DNA of 64,000 nt, taken from assembly GCA_000146465.1 (NCBI GenBank), contig CP001951.1. One strand, 5' to 3'. Of the stretch, positions 32,390 through 41,347 are shown piece after piece; positions within the stretch are counted from its first letter, which is position 1, and each line of letters opens with the position of its first letter. Position numbers and translations under genes: made by a program. The notes below the pieces were generated by a model. The model was not told where the DNA came from and did not search any database. It saw only the letters and a list, made by a program, of their open reading frames with translations.

Positions 32390-32613
32390 TATTTAGTTTT
32401 TTTACTTCTTTCTTTTTATGTGAAGCTTAAAGGAGATTTTCCATTTGTTAGGCCTCCATTTTTACATTTCCTACATCATTGGTTATCTGGAGGTCTGCAA
32501 TTGGTTTGTCTTCTTCAAACAATTAACCTGATAACACAGCAATTAAATGAGGGAATAGGGGAAGCTTCATCAACCTTAGCAACAACAAATAAGACTGTGG
32601 ATTTTGGAACTAA

Positions 32614-32940
32614 CTACCTCTTTTTTCTTTTTTTCTTAGATATTCCCATAAATTCCAGTCTTTCTCTCTCTGCAATTGCACTTGCTTTTTTTGTTTCTAT
32701 TCTTTGAATTATACGGTTAAGTGGGACGGTATATTTCTTTACATGTCCGCCAAGCCTTTCCATTTTTTTTCTCTTTAGAGTAATTCTTTCTTTGGGTGTT
32801 TTACTATTCTCTATGACCTTCTCGATTTCTTTTATGCATTCTTGAAGCTCCGCTTGTACTTTTCTCGGCATGGAGGGTATGCTTATGTGAGTCTTAAGTC
32901 TCTGTGAGCGGGGAGTTTTGTCATTAATCTCTATAAACAT
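32614..32940 (-). CDS. Hypothetical basic (NLS-rich) protein
   Basis: 108 aa with a Lys/Arg-rich C-terminus (KKKRKKR). Clean ATG with an upstream C-run on the coding strand. Possibly a nucleolar or ribosome-associated factor, but no match was recognised. Confidence 0.35.
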   Translation of the reverse strand: MFIEINDKTPRSQRLKTHISIPSMPRKVQAELQECIKEIEKVIENSKTPKERITLKRKKMERLGGHVKKYTVPLNRIIQRIETKKASAIAERERLEFMGISKKKRKKR

Positions 32941-32952
32941 TAACCCCTAGAA

Positions 32953-33420
32953 ATGAGCTTGACGATACCTGGGCTAGATCTTATAAGAAACGAGATTGAG
33001 GAGATCAAAAGTGGAAATCTTCGATATACAATCGCCAATCTGTCGATCAAAGAGCCTATATCATTATCTGTCCTCCGAAACGGAGGAAGGGTCAAAGACT
33101 TTGATTACAAGAGAAAGTACACCATAAAAGAGCTTCAGGGGATATTTGAGGAATTTTCGGAAAGTGTCAATGAGCAGGATCCCTGTCTTGTAGTATATGA
33201 CTTCATACACTTCGACGATGATGGAATTCAAAAAAACACCCTGTGTTTGATCTCCTACATTCCCGAGCATCTTGTACCACTTAAGAAGGTTGCATATTCT
33301 ACCAATGCCTTAAACCTTAAGGAACTACTGGATATTTCCGTTCATATCTCCATAAAAAAGAAATCTGACCTCATCTTCGATAACATTGCCGAGAAGTGTG
33401 CAGCGTCACGGATGAAATAA
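32953..33420 (+). CDS. ADF-H domain protein (cofilin/ADF/GMF-like)
   Basis: DPCLVVYDFIHFDDDGIQKNTLCLISYIPEHLVPLKKVAYSTNALNLKELL fits the ADF-H core (d.cry.vyDf.....G.kk.k.vfi.W.Pd.apiK.KM.YAss...l...l). Upstream context is cccctagaaATG. Confidence 0.45.
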   Translation: MSLTIPGLDLIRNEIEEIKSGNLRYTIANLSIKEPISLSVLRNGGRVKDFDYKRKYTIKELQGIFEEFSESVNEQDPCLVVYDFIHFDDDGIQKNTLCLISYIPEHLVPLKKVAYSTNALNLKELLDISVHISIKKKSDLIFDNIAEKCAASRMK

Positions 33421-33897
33421 ATGTTTTATTATTATGCCATTTATATTCATCCTACTGATGTGCCAATCTTAAATATTTCCATTCAAGATACCAAAGAGAT
33501 GGGTCTTGGAATAAACACAAAATCTGTTAGAGGACTAAGAAGATTTACAAGAAGTAAGACCCAAGTTATTTTCTTCGATAATTCCCGTTCTCCAAAGACA
33601 AGTAAGAACACACAGAAGCACCAGGAATGCAGGGAAGACCAGCCTGCTGAAAATATTCCACAAGTGAGTAATGTTTTGAAGGCCGAGGAGAGAATGTTTC
33701 CTTTTGAGAAGCTCCTAGAAACCTTTACCAACTTGGAAAAAAAGAAGATACAGAAAACCTTAAGGCCCTGCGATGGCATCAATCCCATGAAGACTTTGAG
33801 GAAAGATTCATTTGCAGAAAGGTATTTTGACTCTCCTTCTGGGACCTTCCTTGGAAAAGAGAGACATATATCTTCATCTTCTCAAGAGCGTACATAA
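33421..33897 (+). CDS. Hypothetical protein
   Basis: 158-aa ORF starting at the ATG directly after the upstream stop. Ser/Lys-rich, no recognised domain. The true start may be the internal MGLGINTK. Confidence 0.3.
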   Translation: MFYYYAIYIHPTDVPILNISIQDTKEMGLGINTKSVRGLRRFTRSKTQVIFFDNSRSPKTSKNTQKHQECREDQPAENIPQVSNVLKAEERMFPFEKLLETFTNLEKKKIQKTLRPCDGINPMKTLRKDSFAERYFDSPSGTFLGKERHISSSSQERT

Positions 33898-33978
33898 GAT
33901 TGATTTGGAAACCAGGGAGATCTAAGATGGAGTAAGAGTACAGATGGTTTTAAAAACTTTTTGCGAAGAGGCCAAGCC

Positions 33979-34839
33979 ATGGAAAATAAAAAAGAAGAAA
34001 TCAGAAGGCACTATAACAACATTAGGGAAAAAGGAAAAGAAGGCCGACAGAAGAGTAAGGCCATAAATATCAGGAATACAAACAATTTCATCAAATCTTG
34101 TCTTATAAGGCTATACACAAAGAAAGGAGACAGTGTTTTAGATCTTGGATGTGGCAAGGGAGGAGACTTGTTGAAATACGAGAATGCGAACATTAGCGAG
34201 TATTATGGAATTGATATTGCAGAGGTGTCAATAAATGACGCACGGATAAGAGCAAAGAACATGAAGAGGAGGTTCAAGGCTTCATTCAAGGCTCAGGATG
34301 CATACGGCCAGGAGATAGATCTCGGGAAACAATTTGACGTAGTGTCTTCCCAGTTTAGCTTCCATTATGCCTTTTCTAGCAGTGAGACTCTAAGTATATC
34401 GGTAGGAAATGTTGCACGGCATCTGAAGCCAGGTGGGTATTTTATTATGACCATTCCATCCAGGGATGTTATTCTTAGAAGATATGAACAGGATAGAATG
34501 TCTAATGAATTCTATAAGATCGAAATCGATAGGAAAGAGTCCATTCCAAAGGAAGACATCAAGGAATATCGATTCACCCTGGTGGACTCGGTAAATAACT
34601 GTATTGAGTATTTCGTTGATTTCCCTACCATGGTAAGTGAATTCAAGAAGTTAGGAGTTGTGTTGGTGGAAAGAAAAGGGTTCATTGATTTCCTTGAAGA
34701 GGAAAGTAAAAAGAACCTTGAGCTATTTAGGAGAATGAAAGTTAAATGTCTAGAAAAAGGAGAATTAGAAGTTGTTGGGATTTATGAAGTTATCGTTTTC
34801 CAAAAGCTAAGCCCGAAGGAAGAGTCAAGTGTTCAATAA
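33979..34839 (+). CDS. ABD1: mRNA cap guanine-N7 methyltransferase (Abd1/Ecm1 type)
   Basis: SAM-binding motif [15 protein letters not shown], then [21 protein letters not shown], and the cap-binding C-terminal region. The track start at 33961 is a TTG, so the first ATG (MENKKEE) is used. About 286 aa, as in small microsporidian cap methyltransferases. Confidence 0.85.
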   Translation: MENKKEEIRRHYNNIREKGKEGRQKSKAINIRNTNNFIKSCLIRLYTKKGDSVLDLGCGKGGDLLKYENANISEYYGIDIAEVSINDARIRAKNMKRRFKASFKAQDAYGQEIDLGKQFDVVSSQFSFHYAFSSSETLSISVGNVARHLKPGGYFIMTIPSRDVILRRYEQDRMSNEFYKIEIDRKESIPKEDIKEYRFTLVDSVNNCIEYFVDFPTMVSEFKKLGVVLVERKGFIDFLEEESKKNLELFRRMKVKCLEKGELEVVGIYEVIVFQKLSPKEESSVQ

Positions 34840-36369
34840 AAATCCAAATTGATCTCCAATCTCATCTACTTTCTTCCGGAGGTCATTGGACAACCTTGGT
34901 GGCTCAAACGCAAGAATATTAGACAAGTAGTACATAACTATGGAATGCCCTTCTACCAATGGTTTTATACGCCTTAAGATCCTTAGATGCTCCATCGGCA
35001 TCTCTTCTATAATTCTTACAATCTCCATCAGAATCTGTACGTCCGATGCTTTTTGCTCAATCATTCCTTTCACTATTCCTATTATTTTTGTGGCATGGCC
35101 CTCCATGTATTTGTTTATCATCTTGTACAAGTCTTTAACATCTTCCGAGTCTGGAGGTCCCAGCAAATGCTTCGTTTCGTAGATGTCCTTTATTACAGAT
35201 TCGAGATCAGAGAACTTTTTTAGCTCCACCGACTCATAGCATTTATCTATATATTCCAGTACCTTATTTTTTAGATGTCTTTTCTCTTCTTTGGAAACAA
35301 CATCAATAAAAAGATTGAAAACATCCTCCATGTGTGCCATTGCATCTTTAAATGTCTCAACTGTTACAGAAGGTATCTTTCTAAACCCATCGTCAATCAC
35401 TTTGGTCTTGACCCTCTTAAGATGAGAAAAGTAAACCATTTTGGCATCTGATGAAAGCTCGACCACCTTTGTGTTTTCTTTTAGTTTTCTTATCCACACC
35501 TTGATGAAAAGTAGTTCCTTGTTGTACAAAATCTTTTCAATACATTCAAAATAGTGATCCGTTGCTAGGATTTGGATCTTTCCATCAACCCTCCCCATAA
35601 TCTTCAGATAGTGTCTTGTAATTTCTTTCAGACACTCTTCCTCATCTAGATAAGATAGTTCTAAACTCTTTGTACTATTTTCCTTGAAGTTGACTAATAG
35701 AGTATTCATAATTTTATGTTCGGACTTGTGCTCGCAAACCTTAAAATACAAATCAAAGTAGTAAAGTGCCTCATGGAAGGTGCATCCAGGCCTCTGAATA
35801 TTCCTGTAGATGATTTCTAGGAATTCGCATCTTTCATCGTGGATGGAATTCCAAACCTTCTGTATATACACAGAGTTCTTCAGTTCCAAATACATCTCCA
35901 TGGCGCCTTTGTATATGTCAACAAACCTCTCGAGATTATGGAGATTTCTTCGAAGATAAAACTTGACATTGAACAATAAAGAATATTTCTTCATGTAGTA
36001 CTCCCTTCTTCCTCCCTCTATCTTCCCTTCCACATCATCAGATATTCCTGAGGTCATCTTCCTGAACTTTTCTTCAACCACTTTAATGTTGTTTTCAAGA
36101 TCTGTGGTGAATTCCTTATCATATCCTTTCTGCTTGATATCTACCCAAATCTCTTCTAAAACTGTTCTACACTGCACAAACTTTCCAAAGTGCTGCTTCA
36201 CAAGCTGCTTATTTCTAACCTTTGTTCTATTTATCACCTTTGTCAAGAATATCAACGCATCATTCAGATCATACTCGGTAGCATTTGCATATGTCTTGTT
36301 TATCACATCCACTGCATTGAACTCTTTGCCGGGGTTGCCTGGCTCCTGGCTCTCCGCATCCATAGCCAT
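34825..36369 (-). CDS. Hypothetical alpha-helical protein (possible vesicle-tethering/CATCHR-like)
   Basis: 514 aa, all-helical composition with no enzymatic motif. The track start at 36426 is a GTG abutting RPS23, so the first ATG (MAMDAESQ) is used. Its 3' end overlaps the cap-methyltransferase stop by 15 bp. Confidence 0.5.
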   Translation of the reverse strand: MAMDAESQEPGNPGKEFNAVDVINKTYANATEYDLNDALIFLTKVINRTKVRNKQLVKQHFGKFVQCRTVLEEIWVDIKQKGYDKEFTTDLENNIKVVEEKFRKMTSGISDDVEGKIEGGRREYYMKKYSLLFNVKFYLRRNLHNLERFVDIYKGAMEMYLELKNSVYIQKVWNSIHDERCEFLEIIYRNIQRPGCTFHEALYYFDLYFKVCEHKSEHKIMNTLLVNFKENSTKSLELSYLDEEECLKEITRHYLKIMGRVDGKIQILATDHYFECIEKILYNKELLFIKVWIRKLKENTKVVELSSDAKMVYFSHLKRVKTKVIDDGFRKIPSVTVETFKDAMAHMEDVFNLFIDVVSKEEKRHLKNKVLEYIDKCYESVELKKFSDLESVIKDIYETKHLLGPPDSEDVKDLYKMINKYMEGHATKIIGIVKGMIEQKASDVQILMEIVRIIEEMPMEHLRILRRIKPLVEGHSIVMYYLSNILAFEPPRLSNDLRKKVDEIGDQFGFLLNT

Positions 36370-36426
36370 AGACAATAGAAAAATTTTATCACCTTGTATT
36401 AGAAAAAAACAAATGGAATCACCCAC

Positions 36427-36849
36427 ATGCCAGGGCTATTTGCTGCCAACAATCTGATAAAGAGCAGAAAGGCCAAGAGACTAGCCGATACTACTTACAG
36501 AAAGCGAGCCCTTGGGACAAAGTACAAGCATAGTGTGCTTGGAAGAGCCCCACAAGCAAAGGCCATCGTTCTGGAAAAGATTGGAGTGGAAGCCAAACAA
36601 CCAAACTCTGCTATAAGAAAGGCTGTTAGGTGCCAACTGATTGCCACTGGAAAGAAGATAACGGCATTCGTGCCCTATGACGGATCGGTTACATACATCG
36701 AAAGCAATGATGAGGTAACCGTAGAAGGATTTGGTAAAAAGGGAAGAAGTTTTGGAGATATTCCTGGAATTCGGTTCAAAGTCTGCAAAGTACAGAATGT
36801 GTCTTTGCATGCAATATTTACAGGAAAGAAGGAAAAGCCTTCAAGATAA
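36427..36849 (+). CDS. RPS23: 40S ribosomal protein S23 (uS12)
   Basis: [83 protein letters not shown] is almost invariant uS12. Upstream context is cacccacATG. Confidence 0.95.
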   Translation: MPGLFAANNLIKSRKAKRLADTTYRKRALGTKYKHSVLGRAPQAKAIVLEKIGVEAKQPNSAIRKAVRCQLIATGKKITAFVPYDGSVTYIESNDEVTVEGFGKKGRSFGDIPGIRFKVCKVQNVSLHAIFTGKKEKPSR

Positions 36850-36891
36850 TATTAAAGTTCAGTTAACTGTTTGTATTTTAACGAAAAATCT

Positions 36892-37518
36892 TTACTTTTG
36901 TTGTTTTTTTTGCTCTTCAAGAGACAATCGGATGGCTTCTGCCAACTCGGGATCATCCTCTTCAACCAGATCATTCCCGCTTATAAACGGTAGAACCCGG
37001 TCAATAAACTCTTCGTTGGTTTTAACCTCTATGCAAGAAAAGTTTGTGAAGTCGATCTTTTTGAAGGCTTCTACCATTTCTACTGCTTCTCCGAAAAAAA
37101 CCATTTTGATTCCAATGCCAAATGTCAAGAGCTGGTATATCCTTGCAAATAGCTCATCCTTCTCCGACTCTTGGAGCTCTGAAGCCAGAAAGACCACTAG
37201 TATACATCCAGGAGAATCTCTCTGATTGAAGATGTGAAGGGATTGAGAAAGACATCTCATAATGTCTCCTTCCTTATTCAACTTTATGTCATTAAGAAAG
37301 GTTTTTATGTGTGATCTCTGCTTTGTAGGTGTAATTATATCATTGGATTGTACTTGCACCAAAGGAATGATTCCTATTGTATTTTCTTGGTTATCCTCAA
37401 ACTTCCTAGATATCAGAGATTCTACTGTTTCCTTCTGTACAATGAATCTACTAGGAAGATAGTCTTGGTTTTGAGAAGCCATTCCATTATCAAACAATAC
37501 AACAATAGTTTCAGGCAT
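36892..37518 (-). CDS. RPN10: 26S proteasome ubiquitin receptor Rpn10 (PSMD4): VWA domain plus UIM
   Basis: MPETIVVLFDNGMASQNQDYLPSRF (VWA start, compare ICIDNSE.MRNGDY.PSR) and the C-terminal UIM DDPELAEAIRLSLEEQ. Confidence 0.8.
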   Translation of the reverse strand: MPETIVVLFDNGMASQNQDYLPSRFIVQKETVESLISRKFEDNQENTIGIIPLVQVQSNDIITPTKQRSHIKTFLNDIKLNKEGDIMRCLSQSLHIFNQRDSPGCILVVFLASELQESEKDELFARIYQLLTFGIGIKMVFFGEAVEMVEAFKKIDFTNFSCIEVKTNEEFIDRVLPFISGNDLVEEDDPELAEAIRLSLEEQKKQQK

Positions 37519-37645
37519 CTAGGGGTGGCCTATTCTACAAATTTAGAAGAAAAACTTCTGGAAAGAGCCTCCTAGAACAACTCTACCCAAAGAGGCCATC
37601 CAGCTGGTATGGAAACTATCAAGTATGATTTATTAAGGATTTATC

Positions 37646-39256
37646 TTAGCATTCAGTCAATTCCACATTGATAAAGTCATTTTTCTCAATGGATTCCTTG
37701 TATTTTTTGTTTATGTAAAGGACAGACCTGACCCACATTATACAAAATATCCCTACAAACACAGTGGATATAGAAACCATGTTTCTAACATCTCGAACAT
37801 CAAACACCACCGTTATAAGAGTGCAGTACACAGACCCTATTGTTTTTCCAATGTTTATCCCTAGCCCATCGTGTATTCCCCTGAAGGAATGGCGATGAGA
37901 AGGGGGGACTCTTATAGAGGCTGCTTCCTTTGCAACGTCAAAAAAACAATACTTGGATATTTTTATGATCGTATTCAAAAACATCCCGGTATAGTTTTCC
38001 AAAACAAAGCTCCCCAGGTACCCCTCCCGGGGTGTGATGACTTCATCTTCAGAAATGTTGTTGAAGAAAACCATGGGAAAAAACAAAACCAATGTGATTA
38101 TAGCGATAGCAGGTGCTGTTATGGCCACTAAAAACCATCCCTTTCTCTCTATAAGATGAGTTGCAGGCCTGAAGAACATTACAATCAAAAAGGCGGAAGT
38201 TATTATCTGTGCCATGGCATTAAGTTTGTTGATATAAGAAGATCCAGACAAAGAAGCCTGAACAGCTCCCAATACTACTCCTCCTCTATAGGTTGCTTCG
38301 AATATGTTTGAGCACACGGAAGTAGCTATTACAGACTCGGTCATTGCCATGAGAAACCTAGACTTCCTCATTATTCTTAACGACTTAGTAAACCCCATTT
38401 TGTGGTCCTTATACTCCTTCTTACTTCCATACTCTCGATCGTCTTTTGGTGTAAATTTGTCGGTGAAATAGCTTGTTATTGCTGATACAGCTGTCAAAAT
38501 GGATGTTACAACAAATACCTGAGAGAACAGACTTTCCTTTTTGCTATATGGTAGGGTGTCCCTATAACTGTTTAGGCTTCTTGTAAGCAAACCAGAGGAA
38601 AGCAAGACCATTCCTGATATCAAGGATACCACCGGTAAGAACTTCTTTAGCTGGGCTTCTGTGCTCTGATGAATTGCTCTTGAGAAGAACATAAAGGAAA
38701 TTATAAGAGACCCCCACAACTCTGCCACAAGATATAACACAGTAGAAGCCCATTCGTTAAAGACAAGAAATATGGGAAAGAAAAAGTCCAAATGTCTTAT
38801 CTTCATTTTTCCATCGCTGAATATATCTCTTGACCAAAAGAAGTCTGGCTGAAGCTTCTTAGAACAGGGCCAGATTACCAACCCAAATAGCAAGAAGAAC
38901 ACAGATAAAATTATAAGGACAACTTCGAGAATTCTTGGCTGGCTAAGAAATTTCAGCCCTTTCTGTACAATAACGATGAAAAAGAAAGTCACCGGTAAGA
39001 CTAACACAGACTTTATGAACAATATCGAGCTAGGGATTTGAGTGTTCATCATCACCATATCGCCTAGAATGTACAAAAATGCGTCAATGTACGAAAGTAA
39101 AGCATAAAGTAAGCTAAAAAGAAGAGTTGCCTTGGTGTCGTTGCTGATATCATTAATTCTCTGGAGGGTTCTGCTATATATGGAAGCACAATGTCTTTCT
39201 TTTCCAAGTATCTTGTCTTCGCAGCCGGCTAAATCAGTGCATTCATTTTCTAGCAT
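37646..39256 (-). CDS. ADP/ATP nucleotide transporter (NTT, TLC family), paralog 1 of 3
   Basis: 536 aa with about 12 predicted TM segments. Block FFWSRDIFSDGKMKIRHLDFFFPIFLVFNEWASTVLYLVAELWGSLIISFMFF is shared with the other two copies in the window. Size and topology are typical of chlamydial/rickettsial-type TLC transporters known from microsporidia. Confidence 0.8.
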   Translation of the reverse strand: MLENECTDLAGCEDKILGKERHCASIYSRTLQRINDISNDTKATLLFSLLYALLSYIDAFLYILGDMVMMNTQIPSSILFIKSVLVLPVTFFFIVIVQKGLKFLSQPRILEVVLIILSVFFLLFGLVIWPCSKKLQPDFFWSRDIFSDGKMKIRHLDFFFPIFLVFNEWASTVLYLVAELWGSLIISFMFFSRAIHQSTEAQLKKFLPVVSLISGMVLLSSGLLTRSLNSYRDTLPYSKKESLFSQVFVVTSILTAVSAITSYFTDKFTPKDDREYGSKKEYKDHKMGFTKSLRIMRKSRFLMAMTESVIATSVCSNIFEATYRGGVVLGAVQASLSGSSYINKLNAMAQIITSAFLIVMFFRPATHLIERKGWFLVAITAPAIAIITLVLFFPMVFFNNISEDEVITPREGYLGSFVLENYTGMFLNTIIKISKYCFFDVAKEAASIRVPPSHRHSFRGIHDGLGINIGKTIGSVYCTLITVVFDVRDVRNMVSISTVFVGIFCIMWVRSVLYINKKYKESIEKNDFINVELTEC

Positions 39257-39415
39257 TTAGGGTATTATCTTAAGAAAATTAAATTGGTTTGTTATTTAAG
39301 ACTTTGATTCTTTTGTATGACATGTTTATATTAAACCGGAGAGCCGAGTCGAGAACTAGACCTCATAGCGAAGATAATCAAAAGAGAATTGATTTCTCCC
39401 TCGCAATCCCAAGTA

Positions 39416-39838
39416 ATGGATGATAATTGGAAAGCCTTCAACTTGAAAATCGAGCATGGATTAGGACACAAAAGGACTCTTGAATGGGAAAGGATTGTAA
39501 AGCATCGCATAAGACAAAATTCGCTAAATTTAGCAAGTGAAAATGAAATTGAGCGGTATTCCGATAAGTACTTTAAAAGTCTTCTTTCAGAGGACATGAT
39601 AAAGGAGATAGTAAGTGTGGAACTGATGCCACCCGAGATCTCAAGGACATTTGGAGAAAAGAAAGAGAAGAATATGGAGGACATTGAAGGAATTGAAAGC
39701 TCAGCTTCGGAGGAGTATGATGGGTCGGATGAAACTGAGAATAGTAATGATGTTGAAAACGACTATGAAGAGAACTTCTATGAAAATGAAGAGGATGATG
39801 AGCTTACTGAAGAAAAAGATGAAGAAGGATTCTTCTGA
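39416..39838 (+). CDS. Hypothetical protein with strongly acidic C-terminal tail
   Basis: The track start is a TTG, so the first ATG (MDDNWKAF) is used. The C-terminal 50 aa are Asp/Glu-rich (EEDDELTEEKDEEGFF). No domain recognised. Confidence 0.4.
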   Translation: MDDNWKAFNLKIEHGLGHKRTLEWERIVKHRIRQNSLNLASENEIERYSDKYFKSLLSEDMIKEIVSVELMPPEISRTFGEKKEKNMEDIEGIESSASEEYDGSDETENSNDVENDYEENFYENEEDDELTEEKDEEGFF

Positions 39839-39923
39839 TATAAGCCGAGGTGGACGGGATAGATCTTCGTTTGTCTAAATATAAAATTTTTGTAAACTCA
39901 ATAGCCTTGGTTTGGATTTTAGA

Positions 39924-41126
39924 ATGGAATTCGATGAACTAAATATTGATGATTCTTTGGTACAAGCATGCCAAAGAAATGGAATTACTAGGCCTACGGA
40001 AATTCAGAAGCAGGTAATTCCTATGGTACTTGGAGGAAACGACATTATAGCTGTTTCGCAGACGGGGTCGGGAAAGACCCTTGCATTTGTTCTTCCAATA
40101 GTGTCACGCCTTCTGCTGAAGAACAGATCTTTTTTCTGTCTAGTGGTTGCTCCAACAAGGGAATTGTCTTCGCAAATTGCCGAATGCTTTAATATGTTTG
40201 GATCCACAGGCCTGAGGGTTTGCTTACTTGTTGGAGGGACTAATTTTAATCTTCAGGCCAATCAGCTTTCCAAGCATCCTCATATTGTTGTTGGGACACC
40301 GGGAAGAATAGCTGAACATATTCTAAAGACCAAGTCATTCAAAGCAGAAAGAATAAGGAAACTTGTGCTTGATGAGGCAGATCGATTCTTCGAACAAGAC
40401 TTTGTAGAGGATTTGGAAACCATTATCCGAAGCTTGAGAGAGAAGAGACAGACACTCCTCTTTACGGCGACAATGTCTAATGAAATATCCAAGTTGTCCA
40501 GTTCGATACTTATAAAGCCCAAGACCATTCGTGTAGTAGAAGGATATGAAACGGTTTCTGCTTTGAAAGAATACTATTTCTTCACAGCAATGAAATGGAA
40601 GAGTTCTGCCTTGGTTGAATTCCTTGAGATGAATCCAGGTGCATCTACTATTGTATTTGTATCAATGTGCATAACTGCTCGAGTAATGTCTCTGGCGCTG
40701 AGTAAGCTTGGATTCCATTCGGAAGCACTCTATGGGGAATTGAGCCAGGAAAAAAGAGAAGAAACCATGAGGATGTTCAAGGAGAATAAGTTCAGCGTCC
40801 TTGTTTGCACCGATGTTGGGAGCAGAGGATTGGATATAAGCCATGTAGACTTGGTGATAAACTTCGATGTTCCAAAGAGTGGAAAGGACTATGTTCACCG
40901 TGTTGGAAGAACTGCTAGAGCAGGAAGGGCAGGAACAGCTATTACGCTCGTGACTCAATACGATGTTGAACAACTTCAGAGAGTGGAATTTGTGCTGAAG
41001 AAGAGTCTAGAAGAATTTAAACCGGTAAAGAAGAACTTCGAATCAATACGCGAGAAGGTTGAAGAAACTATCCAAGAAGCCCAGGAGATTCTCAAGGGGG
41101 AAAGAAAAAGAAATAGAAGACATTGA
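39924..41126 (+). CDS. RRP3: DEAD-box ATP-dependent RNA helicase (Rrp3/DDX47-like)
   Basis: Q-motif region RPTEIQKQVIPMVLGGNDIIAVSQTGSGKTLAFVLPI, PTRELSSQI, TPGRI, LVLDEADRFF (DEAD box), SAT-like TAT, ARGLDI, HRVGRTARAGRAG. The track start is a TTG, so the first ATG (MEFDELN) is used. Confidence 0.8.
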   Translation: MEFDELNIDDSLVQACQRNGITRPTEIQKQVIPMVLGGNDIIAVSQTGSGKTLAFVLPIVSRLLLKNRSFFCLVVAPTRELSSQIAECFNMFGSTGLRVCLLVGGTNFNLQANQLSKHPHIVVGTPGRIAEHILKTKSFKAERIRKLVLDEADRFFEQDFVEDLETIIRSLREKRQTLLFTATMSNEISKLSSSILIKPKTIRVVEGYETVSALKEYYFFTAMKWKSSALVEFLEMNPGASTIVFVSMCITARVMSLALSKLGFHSEALYGELSQEKREETMRMFKENKFSVLVCTDVGSRGLDISHVDLVINFDVPKSGKDYVHRVGRTARAGRAGTAITLVTQYDVEQLQRVEFVLKKSLEEFKPVKKNFESIREKVEETIQEAQEILKGERKRNRRH

Positions 41127-41347
41127 TGCATAGGACTATCAATAAAGATAAGTATTTACATTCTCATAGAATGAAGAATAAATTAGATATCCGCTTAGGT
41201 TTTATTTTGAGTTTTCTAATCTATGTTCCATCTTTTTAAGTGAATAGAAGGTTAAAACAGAGATGAAACCACATCGGACACAAGTATCAACATGTTAGAG
41301 CTTGAAGGATTATTGAAAGTATTTACTTTCCTTGGAGTTCCACATCA

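Noticed and set aside
32372-32707. 111-aa + strand ORF in the Rho1 upstream gap
   Set aside because: Low-complexity (Leu/Phe-rich) and overlaps the 3' end of the minus-strand gene 32614-32940. More likely non-coding spacer; see the ncRNA-candidate finding.
41270-41300. ACAGAGATGA motif resembling the U6 snRNA ACAGAGA box
   Set aside because: Flanking sequence lacks the U6 GATTAGCATGG/AGC-triad context and stem-loop; it is a chance match.
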